Positions 49,290 to 62,097 of a stretch of DNA of 64,000 nt are shown piece by piece. Numbering within the stretch: the stretch's first letter is position 1; the number at the start of each line of letters is the position of its first letter. The notes under the pieces were generated by a model. The model was not told the origin of the DNA and searched no databases. It saw only the letters and a program-made list of their open reading frames with translations. Position numbers and translations under genes: made by a program. The DNA is from Squalus acanthias (taxonomy: Eukaryota), in assembly GCA_030390025.1 (NCBI GenBank), contig CM059432.1, forward strand, positions 68,264,001-68,328,000, given 5' to 3'.

Positions 49290-52200
49290 AATTAGGTATC
49301 ATCGCCACTCTCTGCCTTTCCCTTCAAAATGTACGTTCACTTGTAAATAAGGGCCTTGTCATCCATGACCTTATTGTGGACGATCAAATTGACATCATGG
49401 CATTGACAGAGACATGGTTGCGGGTTGATGAAACCTTTCCCCTTAATGAAGCTTCCCCACTTGGCTATACTTTTCACCATATTCCACGCCCAAACCGCTG
49501 TGGGTGGTGTAGCCCTTGTATCCAAATCACACCTTGGTCTGTCTCCCTACTCCTCTGACAACTTTTCCTCCTTTGAGCATCTCATCTTGTTCCACCCCTC
49601 ACAACTCTCTTTTAAAATCCTTGTTCTGTACCGCCCACCCAAATACCACACCAATTTTCTCACTGAGATATCTTCTCTGCTTTCCTCCCTCTGCCTCTGC
49701 ACCGAGCGACTTCTCACCCTCAGTGATTTCAACATCCATCTCAACTCATCTTGCTCCCTCTCCTCTGAGTTCACTGCCATCCTTTCCTCCCTTAATCTCT
49801 CCCTTCATGACAACTCTCCACCCATCACTAAAACCACCCCTATCCTAAGATCACTCAGGATGACAAAAATACCACCAGGCTTCTCTTCTCCACCACTAAC
49901 CACCTCCTCAAACCACCCTCTACTGTCTCTTCCTCCCTCAACTCCAACAATAAATGTGAGGAACTCACGGACTTCTTCATTAAAAAGACTGAGAACATCC
50001 ATTCTACTGCTTCTGCTTTCAATTCCCTCCCTCCCGCTAGCCCACCGGACCATACATCCTCTCCGTTTTCCCCCTGCCCTAACCCTAAATTTTCATGGTG
50101 GAAAAATTGGGTCGCGTCAAAAAGTTAGCTCCCCCGTGCCGTAAATTGACTGGTAGCGTCCCAAGCAGGAGGCGGGGCGCTTCAGGAAGCATCCCCCCTC
50201 CCTCTTGGGGCACTCCCATTCAATATCACGGTGCTACGTGCAACAGTCCCACGCGCATCGGCACGTAGCACCGCGGTACTACAGGCCTACCTCCCCTGAT
50301 TAAAGGGGAGGGATCTTGCGCAGCGTGCATCGGGACCCTGCTGGACCACCGGGGAGCGGGGTGCCGGGAAAAGAGCCCGGCACTCCGATCGTGGCCAGCA
50401 CCCCGCATGAGGAGGCAAAAGGGAGCAGGTGCTGGCAGGCGGCCCAAAAAAAAATTGACCGCCCAGCACCTGCCCTTTATTTAGTGCCGCCGCGGTCGCA
50501 AAAATGTCACCCTGAGCCTGTCCGGCAGTAGATCAGGGGCGCGACCGAAGTTTGCGGCCGGAGCGCGAGCGGGGCACTGAGCACAGCGATGACGTCATCG
50601 CGGAGGCGCAGCGCCACAGGGCGCTACTGGCTACCGCCACCGCTAACCTCTCTTCGCAGGAGGCATTAGCTGCTCTGCGCCCGGGCGCTAAGTGCTTTGC
50701 ACCCCCCTTAGCGCCCACCAGGTAATCTATCCCTTCTCATCCTTCTGGACCTGTCTGCAGCCTTTGACACAGTTGACCACAAAATTCTGCTCCACGCCTC
50801 TCCACCATCGTCAAGCTGGATGGGCCTGCACTCGCCTGGTTTCATTCCTATCTTTCCAAGCATAAACTGGGGTGCTAACGGGAGGCGCAAAGCAACCCAA
50901 ATTTTCCCCCCATACTTCTCTAATTTCTCTCCTATCTCCCCCCTTGCCTTTTCAAAGCTCGTCTTGCCAATGAGACCGACCTCCTGCTCTCGTGAACCTA
51001 TTCCTACTAAGTTGCTGACAACCCAACATTCCTTCTTGGCTCCCATGTTAGTGGATATTGTTAGCGGTTCTCTCTCCTCCGGTACTGTCCCCCTTTATTT
51101 CAAATCTGCTGTCATCATCCCTCTCCTCAAAAAATCAACCCTTGACCCCTCTGTCCTTGCAAACTACTGCCCCATCTCCAACCTCCCTTTCCTCGCCAAA
51201 GTTCTTGAACGTTATGTCATCTCCAAAATCCGTGCCCATCTTTCCCGGAACTCCTTCTTTGAATCCCTCCAATCAGGCTTCTGCCCCTGCCACAGTACTG
51301 AAACTGCTCTTACCAAGGTCACAAATGATATCCCAATTGACTGTGACAAAGGTAAGCTATCCCTTCTTGTCCTTCTGGACCTGTCTGCAGCCTTTGACAC
51401 GGTTGACCACAAAATTCTGCTCCAAAGCCTCTCCACCATCATCCAACTGGATGGGACTGACCTCGCCTGGTTTCATTCCTATTTTTCCAAGCGTAACCAT
51501 AGAATCACCTGCAATGGCTTCTCTTCCCGATCCCGCACTGTCACCTCTGGTGTCCCTCAAGGATCTATCCTTGGCCCCCTCCTATTTCTCATCTACATGC
51601 TGCTCCTCGGTGACATCGTCCAGCAACACAACTTGAGTTTTCACATATATGCTGATGATACCCAGCTCTACCTCTCCTCCACCTCTCTCGAACCCTCCAC
51701 CGTCTCTATACTATCAGACTGCTTGTCCGACATCCAGCACTGGATGAGTAGAAATTTCCTCCAATTAAATATCTAGAAGACTGAAGCCATTGTCTTCGGT
51801 TCACGCCACAAACTCCGTTCCCTTTCCACTGATTCGATCTCTCTCCCCGGCAACTGTCTAAGGCTGACCAAGTCTGTTCACAACCTTGGTGTCATATTTA
51901 ATCATGAATTGAGCTTCCTACCTCATATCCGTTCTATCACTAAGACTGCCCATTTCCACCTTCGTAATATCGCCCGTCTCTGCCCTTAGCTCAACTTATC
52001 TGCTGCTGAAACACTCATCCATGCCTTTATCACCTCTAGACTTGACTATTCCAATGCACCCCTGGCCGGCCTCCCTAGTTCTACCCTCCATAACGTGAGA
52101 TCATTCAAAACTCTGCCGCCCGTGTGCTAACTCGTACCAAGTCCCGCTCACCCATCACCCCTGTACTCGCTGACCTACATTGGCTCCCAGTTAAGCAACA

Positions 52201-52606
52201 CCTCGATTTTAAAATTCTCATCCTTGTTTTCAAATCCCTCCATGGCCTCACCCCTCCTTATCTTTGTAATCTCCTCCAGCCCTATAATTCCCCTAGATCT
52301 CTGCGCTGCACCTATTCTGGACTTTTGAACATCCCCGATTTTAACTGCTCCACCTTTGGCGGTCGTACCTTCAGCTGCCTAGGTCCTAAGTTCTGGAATT
52401 CCCTCCCTAAATCTCTCTGCCTCTCCACTTCGCTTTCCTCCTTTTAGACTCTCCTTAAAACCTACCTCTTTGACCAAGCTTTTAGTCATCTGCCCTAACA
52501 TCTCCTTATATGGCTCGGTGTCAAACTTTTTGGTAACACTCCTGTGAAGCGCCTTGGGAATTTTATTACATTAAAGGGGCTGTGTAAATATACGTTGTTG
52601 TTGCTG
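49290..52606 (+). mobile_element. L2 LINE with APE and RT remnants, split by a MITE
   Basis: NVRSL..DIMALTETWL, LLDLSAAFDTVDH, GVPQGSILGP and YADDTQLY motifs; (TTG)n tail. Confidence 0.92.
50097..50910 (-). mobile_element. MITE subfamily 1 containing a captured L2 segment (50720-50865)
   Basis: TIRs GGTGGAAAAATT / AATTTTCCCCC; TSD CAT (50094-50096 / 50911-50913). Confidence 0.88.
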
Positions 52607-52761
52607 TAGTACATGGCCTACTCTGGGATTGTGGGTAATTCCTGAGAGGAGCTTCTGCGCTAGGGTTAACGCACATACAAGGAGACCTTGCTTGGCATGC
52701 CTGGAAACCCTTATTGGAGCTACCACTTTCATAATTTCTTGGTATCCTTGTATGAATGCCA

Positions 52762-53498
52762 TGGAATTTTGACCTGGAAACATGCTGGAAGCGGGGTGTG
52801 TGGTGTGGGGGGGGTGGGGCGGGGGGGGCGCCCGGTAGAGCGCGGGAAACCTGGAAGTTTGGGTTTCCCCGCACGCTGTGGAGTTTTTACTTCACAGCGT
52901 GCATGTGACAACACGGATAGGTTCCACGCTCGGAAGTCAGCCTGGCTGGCTTCCAGTCGGGTGGGGAACATTGGCCAAGAGGCCACAACCTCAGGTAGGT
53001 GCGAGCCCCAACCCCGGTGGGGAGTCTGATCCTGGGGAGGTCACATCCCCAACCACGGGGTAGGATCCAATCCCCAACTCGGCGGGGGAGGGGGCGGGTC
53101 CGACCCCGGGGAGGGGATTTGTAATGGGGAGGCTGATGATGGGGGAGCTTGGGGGGCCAGGAGGAAACACTCCTGCTCCTCCCAGCCCACAGGGATTGCT
53201 CCCAGAGGCTGTCCTCGTCTCGTTGCAGCTGCTGGGATTCTCAAGGCCCGGGAACTCCGGCCGGCCACAGTTAAACCTACAAAGCAGGTTAAATTCAAGG
53301 CTCCCAGCCTCATTATCATATTTAAAGTGTCAACCCGCCTCCTGGGAGCGTGTTGGCTACCCGCCCATCGTTCTGCCTCTGTTAAAACCGGAAGTGGATG
53401 AGTTGGAGGTGGTTGGGGTCGGGATTCAGATTTTTGACATTTAACCTCCCACCCGACCCCAACCCACCCATTTTTTGTAGTTAAAATTCCCCCCCCCC
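52762..53498 (+). mobile_element. MITE-like element
   Basis: GGAATTTT / AAAATTCC termini; similar to 42727-43480. Confidence 0.65.
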
Positions 53499-53779
53499 AT
53501 GTGTCAAAGCAATGTTCAGAGCATGACCACTACTGCAATCTGGGCAGCAATCCCAGCTCTCAAGGACAGCAACAGGAGTGAAATATCAAATTTGGTCCAG
53601 AAATTCTTGAACCAACAAACCTAAGAACTGATAGCAGCATTCTGAAGCCTGTAACAGTTGGAGGAGTATCTTCATCACCTACAACAACAACTTGCAGTTA
53701 TATAGAGCCTTTAACATGGTAAAACGTCCCAAGGATCTTCACAAGAGCATGATCAAACAAAATTTGATACCGCTCAGTG

Positions 53780-54960
53780 TAATGCAATACTCAGCACTCG
53801 CCTGAATGGGTGCAACTACATTAACACTAAAGAAGCCTCATACCATCCAGCACAGAGCAGTCCACTTGACCGGTGCCTTTGCCATTCGATTCAATATTCA
53901 CTCCCTCCACTGTGGCTGCAGTTTGTGCTAGCTACAGGATGCAGTGCAGCACCTCCCAGCCCCATGACCTCTACCACTAAGAAGGTCAACAGCAGCAAGA
54001 TTATGGGGAAACCATCACATCAAAGTTTCCCTACAAGTCACACACAATGGACACACTTGGACTTGGACACACATTGCCTTTCCTTCATCATTGCTGGATT
54101 TTGCTGCCTAACCTCATTGTGTGAGCACCACCAGCACAAGGACTGCAGCAGTTCAAAGAGAAGGCCCACCATCTCCTTTTCAGGGTAGCCAACGATCGAT
54201 AATGGCCCGTATTTTCCGATCGGAGGCTTCCTGCGTGCGGAGGCCTCCGATCTGGAAAAATCTACGAACTTACCTGAGGGCTCCCGAGGTGCGTATACTT
54301 CCGTTCCTGGGCCTCTCCAAACTCGAAATGCGCAGGGCCCAAGTATCCCAGAGGCGCATGCGGTTCGCAAACGTCCCTGGGATCACGTGGGCCATGGGGA
54401 GCCAATAGGAGAAGGGAATCTCCCTTCATACACTTGACAGATAGACCTGTCAAATATATGAATGGAGATCACCCCAAAAACACAGTAAAACATTAAATAT
54501 TTTTTTTTAAATCACTTTTTTAAAATGAGTTCAAATTATGATAAATTAAATATTTTAAACAAAAATAAAAAATTTTGAAAAAAATAATTAAAGGTTTTTA
54601 TGGGGCTAAAAATAAACTTACCTTTTTTTAAGTATTTTTAAATGATTTTTTTTTTTTTTCAACTCTCATGCTGATAAAAGCAGGCCTTTTACCAGGCGTA
54701 AGATTTCTAAGGGCTTTCTGCGGGCGGAGGTTCTCCAGAAAGCAGAACTATCTGCCCGCAGAGGCCCTTCTCCGATCTGTTAAGAGAATTCTTGACAGAT
54801 CGGAAATGCCGGTTTTCAGCGCATGCGCTTCACATGCCTGAAACCGGCATTTCTGATGTCCCTACGGGTGTGTACACAGCGCGTACACACCCGTAGGGAT
54901 CGGAATATACGGCCCATTAAATGCAGCCTTGCCAGCATCCCGAGAACAAATTTAAAAAAG
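53780..54960 (+). mobile_element. Old L2/CR1-group LINE 3' end, split by a MITE
   Basis: Degenerate match to the reverse complement of 44740-45370. Confidence 0.65.
54204..54915. mobile_element. MITE with 18-bp imperfect TIRs
   Basis: GGCCCGTATTTTCCGATC / GATCGGAATATACGGCCC; AAT/ATT flanks; internal palindromes. Confidence 0.8.
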
Positions 54961-56864
54961 ATATTGTAGGTTGCTCTGCCAAGGCGTTCCTCACAGAGAA
55001 AATAAAATTCCTGTAACTGTCCTTCTGCTTCTTTACCACTTTAATTCTTTTCATTTCACTCTCTCTGTCTTTGTCAGGCCATGAAAGGAAACGAGAAAGC
55101 AGGTCATGCCAGGCCACATAAGGGAACATGGGGATTAGACCAATGGAACCTCAGCAGAAGTAATGGTCTCCCAGCACCAATCTTCCAGCCTTTAGGCACC
55201 AGTGACTACCATATAATGAAAGCATCATAGGTGCTTCCTGGAATGGGGGAAATTAACTTGCATTATGACATTTCTACGGTCAGACACCACCTGCTCATTC
55301 ATTGAATGAAAACATTTTCCATATATGAAGTTCATAGAGTCACTTGAAAAACCTTGATGCCCATATGGGTGCCATTTACCAGTCCTTGCACTGTTGGGAA
55401 TCCAGCCATCTATTGAAAGTTCTCTATCATGTCCACTGGGAAATTGATGGAAGTGTTGCCCCTACCAAAGATAGGGGGAAAGATTAATCCCCACCACGAT
55501 GGGCAGGAGAGGGTCGGGGGGCGAGAGGGTTAAAAATAAAAAAAATCGGGTAAGCCGACCCCAATCCGGCACCTACTCACCTGCCGCCATTTTAAGAGTG
55601 TCCCGCTCTTGAGGGGCACCTCATTATAATATTTAAATCAGGTTTCCATGGTGCAGTTGGGAGCTTGATTTAAACTTAATGGCAGGAGGGCTCCCCCGGG
55701 CCCTGAAGTAAATCTTCTGTCGGAATTGGCTGATATTCCCCCGCCACCACTTCCAAACCCAGTGATCCTGAGCCTGTCCTCACTTCCTCCCGATTGCCGG
55801 TCCAAAATTGGGCCTGTATATAATTTATAAAGGGACCTGTGAGGTCCACCACTTTATGAATAGTGGTGTTTACTCTATGATACAGGGAGCTGCAGCTGGA
55901 AAATTAGACTTGCTAACTAGTCTGAGGTGAATTATTTTCTAGGTTCATTGAGTTGAAAAATGAATGTACTCAGCAGCTTGCAATTAGCAAAAATTAGTTT
56001 AACCGTGTTTCCAACACTTCACTGAATCTCTGCTTTCTTGTTGCATTCATGGCCTGTTGCATTTCTTCTATAAACTCATCATCTGTACAAAAAATAGATT
56101 TTAATGTTCTCTGTTTAAATTTCAAGAGTACTTGCCAAGTGAAAAGTTAATTTCAGTAAGGTGAGGTGACGGGTGCGGTGGGGAGGATCCTAGATGCCAA
56201 GCAGGAAGTAATTATTACCACACTTTGCAAGTGCTGCATGTAACATTTGTTCCTGTGATAATAGTTTTATTGCGTAAACATTAATTAGATGTCTTTCTAG
56301 GAATTTCCCATTTGGACAGTTCATTTGCTGTGACATAGGAGCCAAATGAGTTCAAGGTGAAATCTGATATGAAAATGGAAAATGATGGCAATACACAGGT
56401 TAATCAGCATCTGATATGAGAAAGTGAGGTTATTATTTTTGAGTAGATTCATTCATTAGAAGTGTCGACAAAACTTTAACCTGTCTTTCTTCAGATGTTG
56501 CTGTGTGTTTCCAGCATTTTCTGCTTTTATTTCAGATTTATAGGATTCATTTTTTCTTATCTCACTTCACAAAAATGCACAATATTGGCAGATGTATAAC
56601 AAATTTTAAAGCAAAATGTGACTCACTTCAACAAGTACTTAGCTAGGTTGAAGCCAATACTTAACTTTAAAAAGGAAATTAACTTTGGTTAAAATCATAA
56701 ATATTAATATATGATATTCATTAACAAAATTATCTCTAAATCATTCTATTTATAACATTAAGGGCAGAAACATCTTGTGTGTGGTCTTTCTGGGCACTGC
56801 AGAGAGGATATTAATGCACAATCATTAACTATACATTAATATGCAGTTTACCAGGTTGTGCAGG

Positions 56865-57155
56865 AGTCTAAAAGTAGGCCATAAATATAAGATAATCACT
56901 AATAAATCCAATAAAGAATTCTTTACTCAGAAACCAGTTAGAATGTGGAACTTGCTACCACATGGAGTAGCTCAGGTGAATAGCATAGATGCCTTTAAGG
57001 GGAAGCTAGATAAGCACATGAGGGAGAAATGAATAGAAGGATGTGTTGATATGGTTAGATGAAGCAAGGCGGAAGGAAGCTCGCGTGGAGTATAAACACC
57101 AGCATAGACCTGTTGGGCCGAACAGCATTTTTCTGTGCTGTAAATGCTATGTAAT
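56865..57155 (+). mobile_element. CR1 3' stub
   Basis: GHKYKIITNKSNKEFFTQ..AFKGKLDKHM. Confidence 0.85.
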
Positions 57156-57279
57156 CATGGCAAGAAGATGTAATCATGCAAATTAAACAGTTTAACAACA
57201 AAAGAAAACTTAACTTATGTTCACAAGTTTCCAGTAATAAAAATGAAATGACATAAATAACATTATAGTTGCAGTTAAC

Positions 57280-60200
57280 GGCCGCTGGAAATGGCCGCAA
57301 CGTTAACCGAGTGAAATTGGTCTGAGGGGCATGGAGATAGGCGGCGCAGCGCTCACCTTCCGTGCAAAGCCGTCCTGGTGGCGTTGCTGGAGGGATCCGG
57401 GACGAAGTTCCTGTCCAGGTCCGGCGTTGCAGCTTCCCACAGCCTCTGTGAGCGAAACTGTAGAGCTCGCAGGGAATTGTGGGCAATGAAGAGGTCTGAG
57501 AATTAAAGGGGCCATGCACACTAAAGCAATTAAAAATAAAAAGCTGTGAATCAATACATTCTTCAGCCCTTTCTGCCTTTTAAAAAATATTCAACATTTA
57601 AAAGAAGTTCCAAATGTGAATATTCAGCTGAATTACCTTCTTAACCTCAACAAATGGGACAACTGCCTCAGCACTAACACAAATGGCTCAGCAAGCCAGG
57701 GAAGGGGCACCAAGGGTCTGACATGCAGCACTCCAGCTTTGTGCAGGGGGTCAACACTGCAAGAGCGGCCCTCTACCCACAGGGGCCAGGAGGCCCTCCA
57801 GAAAGAACGATGTGGGAGAACATCACTAAGGCCTTCACTGCCAGCAGTGTCACCCCCACCACCTGGCTCCAGTGCCAAAAGAAGCTTCATGACCTCAGAC
57901 CACTGGTCAAGGTCAGTGAATGCATCTTCAAAAGCCATCTCCTACCAACTGCACACACTGCTCAATACACGAACCCCAATCACCCACCTACCAACAATCT
58001 GCACCAATGACGAGGCATATCTCCCATTCCTAGCCTCACCTCACCCCCTTAGAGGAGGCAGTGCAGGCCATTCTTGGCAGGGCCGTGGTTGAGCCCTTGG
58101 CCATCGGTGGGGCTGAAAGGATACAAGATGCTGGTATCCTCATACGTTATCCTCCTTCTGGCATGCACCTCTTGCTTTCCCGCCCTCCCGTCAGCACAAC
58201 TGCACCCTTGTGCCTTCCTCATTTCACGCACGCAAGAAATGCAGCCTGCCCAACCAGTGGGACTGCAGGTGGATGATTCCATCCCGGTTATCCCAGCCAT
58301 GAAGGAGCTGTCTCGGATGCATCCTTCTGTCTGATTCCTCCTCTTCGGCTTCCTCCTCTTCTGCGTCTTCCTCTTCCCTCTACAAGCGGATGCTGTAAAG
58401 GTGAAATGACTGCATAAAATGCTGGAAATACTCAGTTGGTCAGGCAGCATGTCGACCTGGGACGTGAACTTTGTTTTTCTCTCCACGGATGTTGCGTGAC
58501 CTGCTGAGTATTCGCAGCCTGTTCTGTCTTCTCAAAGGCCTTCATTTACCATCCAAGCCCTTGCAAGCGTCCAGCAGCACTCCCTACACACTTAAAAAAC
58601 TTTTCAGATCTAATGCAGCAAGCTACCACTTCAATAAAATCCAAAAAAAAGTCCAAACCCTTAAATTCAAACCTACCTGAATGATATGTGTGTCCCTTTA
58701 AGAGCAGTGCTCGGTTTTACCAGGCCCGAGGAGGCGGGTTTGGAGGCGTGTGAGTTGTCAAAATTGCAAAAAATGGTGGCCGGGCCCGATCCCGCCTCCA
58801 TCCCGCCTCTGAGCAATTTTCCCACATTCGTGTTTTCAGACCCCGTTTCCGTCCCGTCTCCAACAGGCGGGATAGACCCTTAAGGCCCTTAACAACCACT
58901 TAATTGCCCCTATAATCCCATTTTGAGAGGCCTTTCTGATTTTTAGACATTTCCCCCATCCTACACGCCTCCTCTGGAACATGCCAGGTAATGCTGGCGG
59001 CTTCACAAGTGAATTGCTTACACACAGCTGCAGCTCCACCATTAAAAAGGAGTTTTCACCAATGATCGTTTGCAGGTGGCAGAACTTTGTTGTCTCAGGT
59101 CTGGGGGAACTTTTAGCAGGCCTACTCATTGTTGTGGAAGTTTGGAGCCTGACACCCATCTCCAGTGTGACCTGCTGGGAAACCCCTCTCCCCACCTTGA
59201 CTGAGCGCTTCCTCAACTGAGGCATATACCAGAAGCATGGGAACCATTTATTTCCTTTCCTCCTGGACATCAGATTCGGACGAAGACCAGCCGCGGCAGC
59301 AGCAGACACATGAGCAACAGCAGCACCAACAGCAGCAGCAACAACAGGAGAGCCAAGCTGCTGCTCACCCACCTGAAGCTGCACAGGCCAGAAGGCGCCA
59401 GCACGCGACCACATTGCTGGCCGGGATGCAAGGGACGCACTCATGTTGGCCAGATTTGCTTAGCCTGCACAATCAAACACTTTTGCCTCGCACCTTCTTA
59501 CCAGACCATCGACAATGGACAAGAGCCTACGGATTCCTATTACTCTGACCACCATACTGACAATTGCAAGTCGCCCTAAGCCCTCAATGTGGAAGTCCCA
59601 TTTGCAAAATGACACAGGCCACAACTTCAACAGTTTGCCGTCAAATCTGTTTATGATACCATGACAAAAATGGCTGGTCAAAAAACAATACATCACAACA
59701 CCCAAGTGACTACCCTTGTGACTACTTGTGCTTTATCTTCCTCTTACGCGTGTTCCTACGTGGTGCTTCCCCTGTGGCTTCAGCAGATGTGGTGGCCCCT
59801 TGCTCACTTTCTTGCTGCTCCTGTCTCGACACCTTTGGCGGGCATCCTCTAGGGTTGTGAACCTGTGTGGGTTCAGCATCAGTCTGCTGCTCCTGCGGCT
59901 GTGCAGGGGCTGAGACGCCCATCTCAGTTGGGTGAGGACTCTGGTGGGGCTCTGGCCGAGGGCTTTGCAGTGGCATGGTCGTATGAGCGCTTGGAGAGGA
60001 GCCCCCACTTCCTTGTTGTCTGCCATCAACATCCCTCTCATGGGTCAGCCCCACTTCAGAGCTAGCAAGTGGCTTGACAGAACCTTGCTGCACTGCAGGG
60101 GACCATGAGGACCCGTTTCTGCATTGGAAGTCCTACTCCAGAGGACTTCCATGAAGGTCTGGTTTCTCTGCTCAGTAGTTGACCATCAATCCTCAAGAGA

Positions 60201-60407
60201 TGTCATTCTATTCTGAACAATGACCATGTTTTCAAGACCCTGGCGACTGAGCTCCTCCATGGCTGTAGCCATCCTCTCCTCTATGGTAGCCAGCCTTACC
60301 ACGGAGGTAGCCATCTTTTCCACGGAGGTTGCCATCCTTTCGTGATGCGTTCATGCGCCAATGCCTCCACAAAGACTCTGCTCATGTTCGCGATGGACTC
60401 CTCCATT
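57280..60407. mobile_element. Cluster of decayed Harbinger fragments
   Basis: Myb/SANT remnant at 57680-57915 (TWLQCQKKLHDL); terminus-like sequence at ~58710; Myb-gene C-terminal remnant on minus at 59720-60407. Confidence 0.6.
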
Positions 60408-62097
60408 TGAAGGGATAATTACTAGTCCTAGCCCCTTTTGGGCTACCCCGGATCAGGCGTATTCCCCAGACGTTCACCTTCACCTAAAGTTAGAGGTAGC
60501 CGAATCCTAAAGATGTTTAATTGGGTCTAAAGGTCTAGACTATCTCTCCCTAAAGGAAAGGAACAGCCTGAAGATGTTACCGTCCTCCAGATAGCACTTT
60601 TAATAAGTTTAGCTAGACTGTAACGTTCCGGATATTATGAGGGTCCGGAAAACTCCCCCAGAATTCTGCAACGCCTCACCAAAGAGCGTACAGAGATTGA
60701 GTTCGCGAGTTAGATATAGAAGTACTATGTGAGATAATTCTAAAACTTTATAGATTTATTAAAGAACCGACATGTAATTTACAGTTGGTGATTCAATCAC
60801 AACATTAACAGTTCCAAATACAAAAATCTTACAATTCTATTATCAGAGATCCTTATCTCAAATCTTAACTTTGTTACATTTTTACATTTCTTAGTCTTAT
60901 TCCAGGATATCCACCAAAATCAAATACAAGTACCTTGATCCCCGAGACTTGGGGGAGAAATTCAGTATCGCCCCATTTGGGGCGCAATTATCAGTCGGGC
61001 GCAAAGATTAGCGCCTGGCGCTAATTATCGCCTCCGACTGCAAACTTGACTTTTATCGCCCCTGGAGGTGATTGGAGCGCTAAATCAGGCGCTTCACACC
61101 TGTCTTAAGGCGCAAAGGCCGAGGAGCGCTGGCGAAGCTCATGTGATGTCAGTCAGCAATGGAACACACACACAATGGCGGGGGCCAATTCTTAAAGGGG
61201 AGTGTTGATCTTGCTTTCCATCCACATCCTACTCATTGCAGCCTTGAATCTCAGCCTGGAGAGACCTGTACATCAAATCAGTGTTGAATCTCTCAGAAGT
61301 CTCTCTCTCTCTCTCTCTCTCTCTCAGAATGCGTGGTTCAAAAATGTCACAAACGATAAAAGGCAGAAAGCAGTCACCTTTAAATAGCACTCCCCCAGTC
61401 CCTTCCTGACTGCAAAACGCTCCCCTCAACCTGTCGTTGCTAGCGGCAGGCGGTAAGGCAGGGGGCGCCACTCAATATCCGCTCCGGGGCGATACCGGGG
61501 CATTGCGCACTCGACCTGACGTCACGATCTGCTGGCGCAGGAGATCGTGGCAGTAGTGTTTAGCACCACCGCAAAATGTCTAGTTAATTTCGCGAGCGGC
61601 GCAAACACCGCCGCGCCTGGGCGCTAGCTGCTTTGCGCCCCATTAGCGCCCTCTTCAGGCGCTAACGGGAGGCGCAACCAACTGAATTTTTCCCCCAAAG
61701 AGTTGTAGACTTACAGAGCTTGCCTCTGAAGCCGAGAATCGCTTTGCCCCTTTATAGCAAATCTATCATCCCATTTGAAAGTTCAATTTTTATACCCTTT
61801 CTCAGTGGTATTTCCTTTGAAGTTTTCTGCTGATGTAAGCTAATTATCTCTAGTCATTTTTCTGCTGACCCCTTCTATTCTTACAGTCAGTTCAGCTGGT
61901 AGCAAGCAGACTCGTGTCTCTACCTTTTGGTGTTTCAAGTTCAACACAAAAACAATGTGATGGCTGGTACATCTATTTGATGTCATTTTTACGAAAGTCT
62001 TCTGTTTGTATATTTTTACGACGTGTAAATTAAAAACACCTCAACCGGGTGCACCATTGTCTTCTTAGCTACCTCAACTGGTTCCATTAAGAATTAT
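60408..62097 (-). mobile_element. Unclassified, possibly LTR-derived sequence hosting a MITE and the following Harbinger
   Basis: Abruptly interrupts the Myb remnant at TG; TGTAACG at 60619; minus-strand AATAAA (~60755) and TATAAA (~61790). The other end is not visible. Confidence 0.3.
60951..61696 (-). mobile_element. Harbinger-type MITE (subfamily 2)
   Basis: Reverse complement of 17299-18191 with an internal deletion; both TIRs present. Confidence 0.9.
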
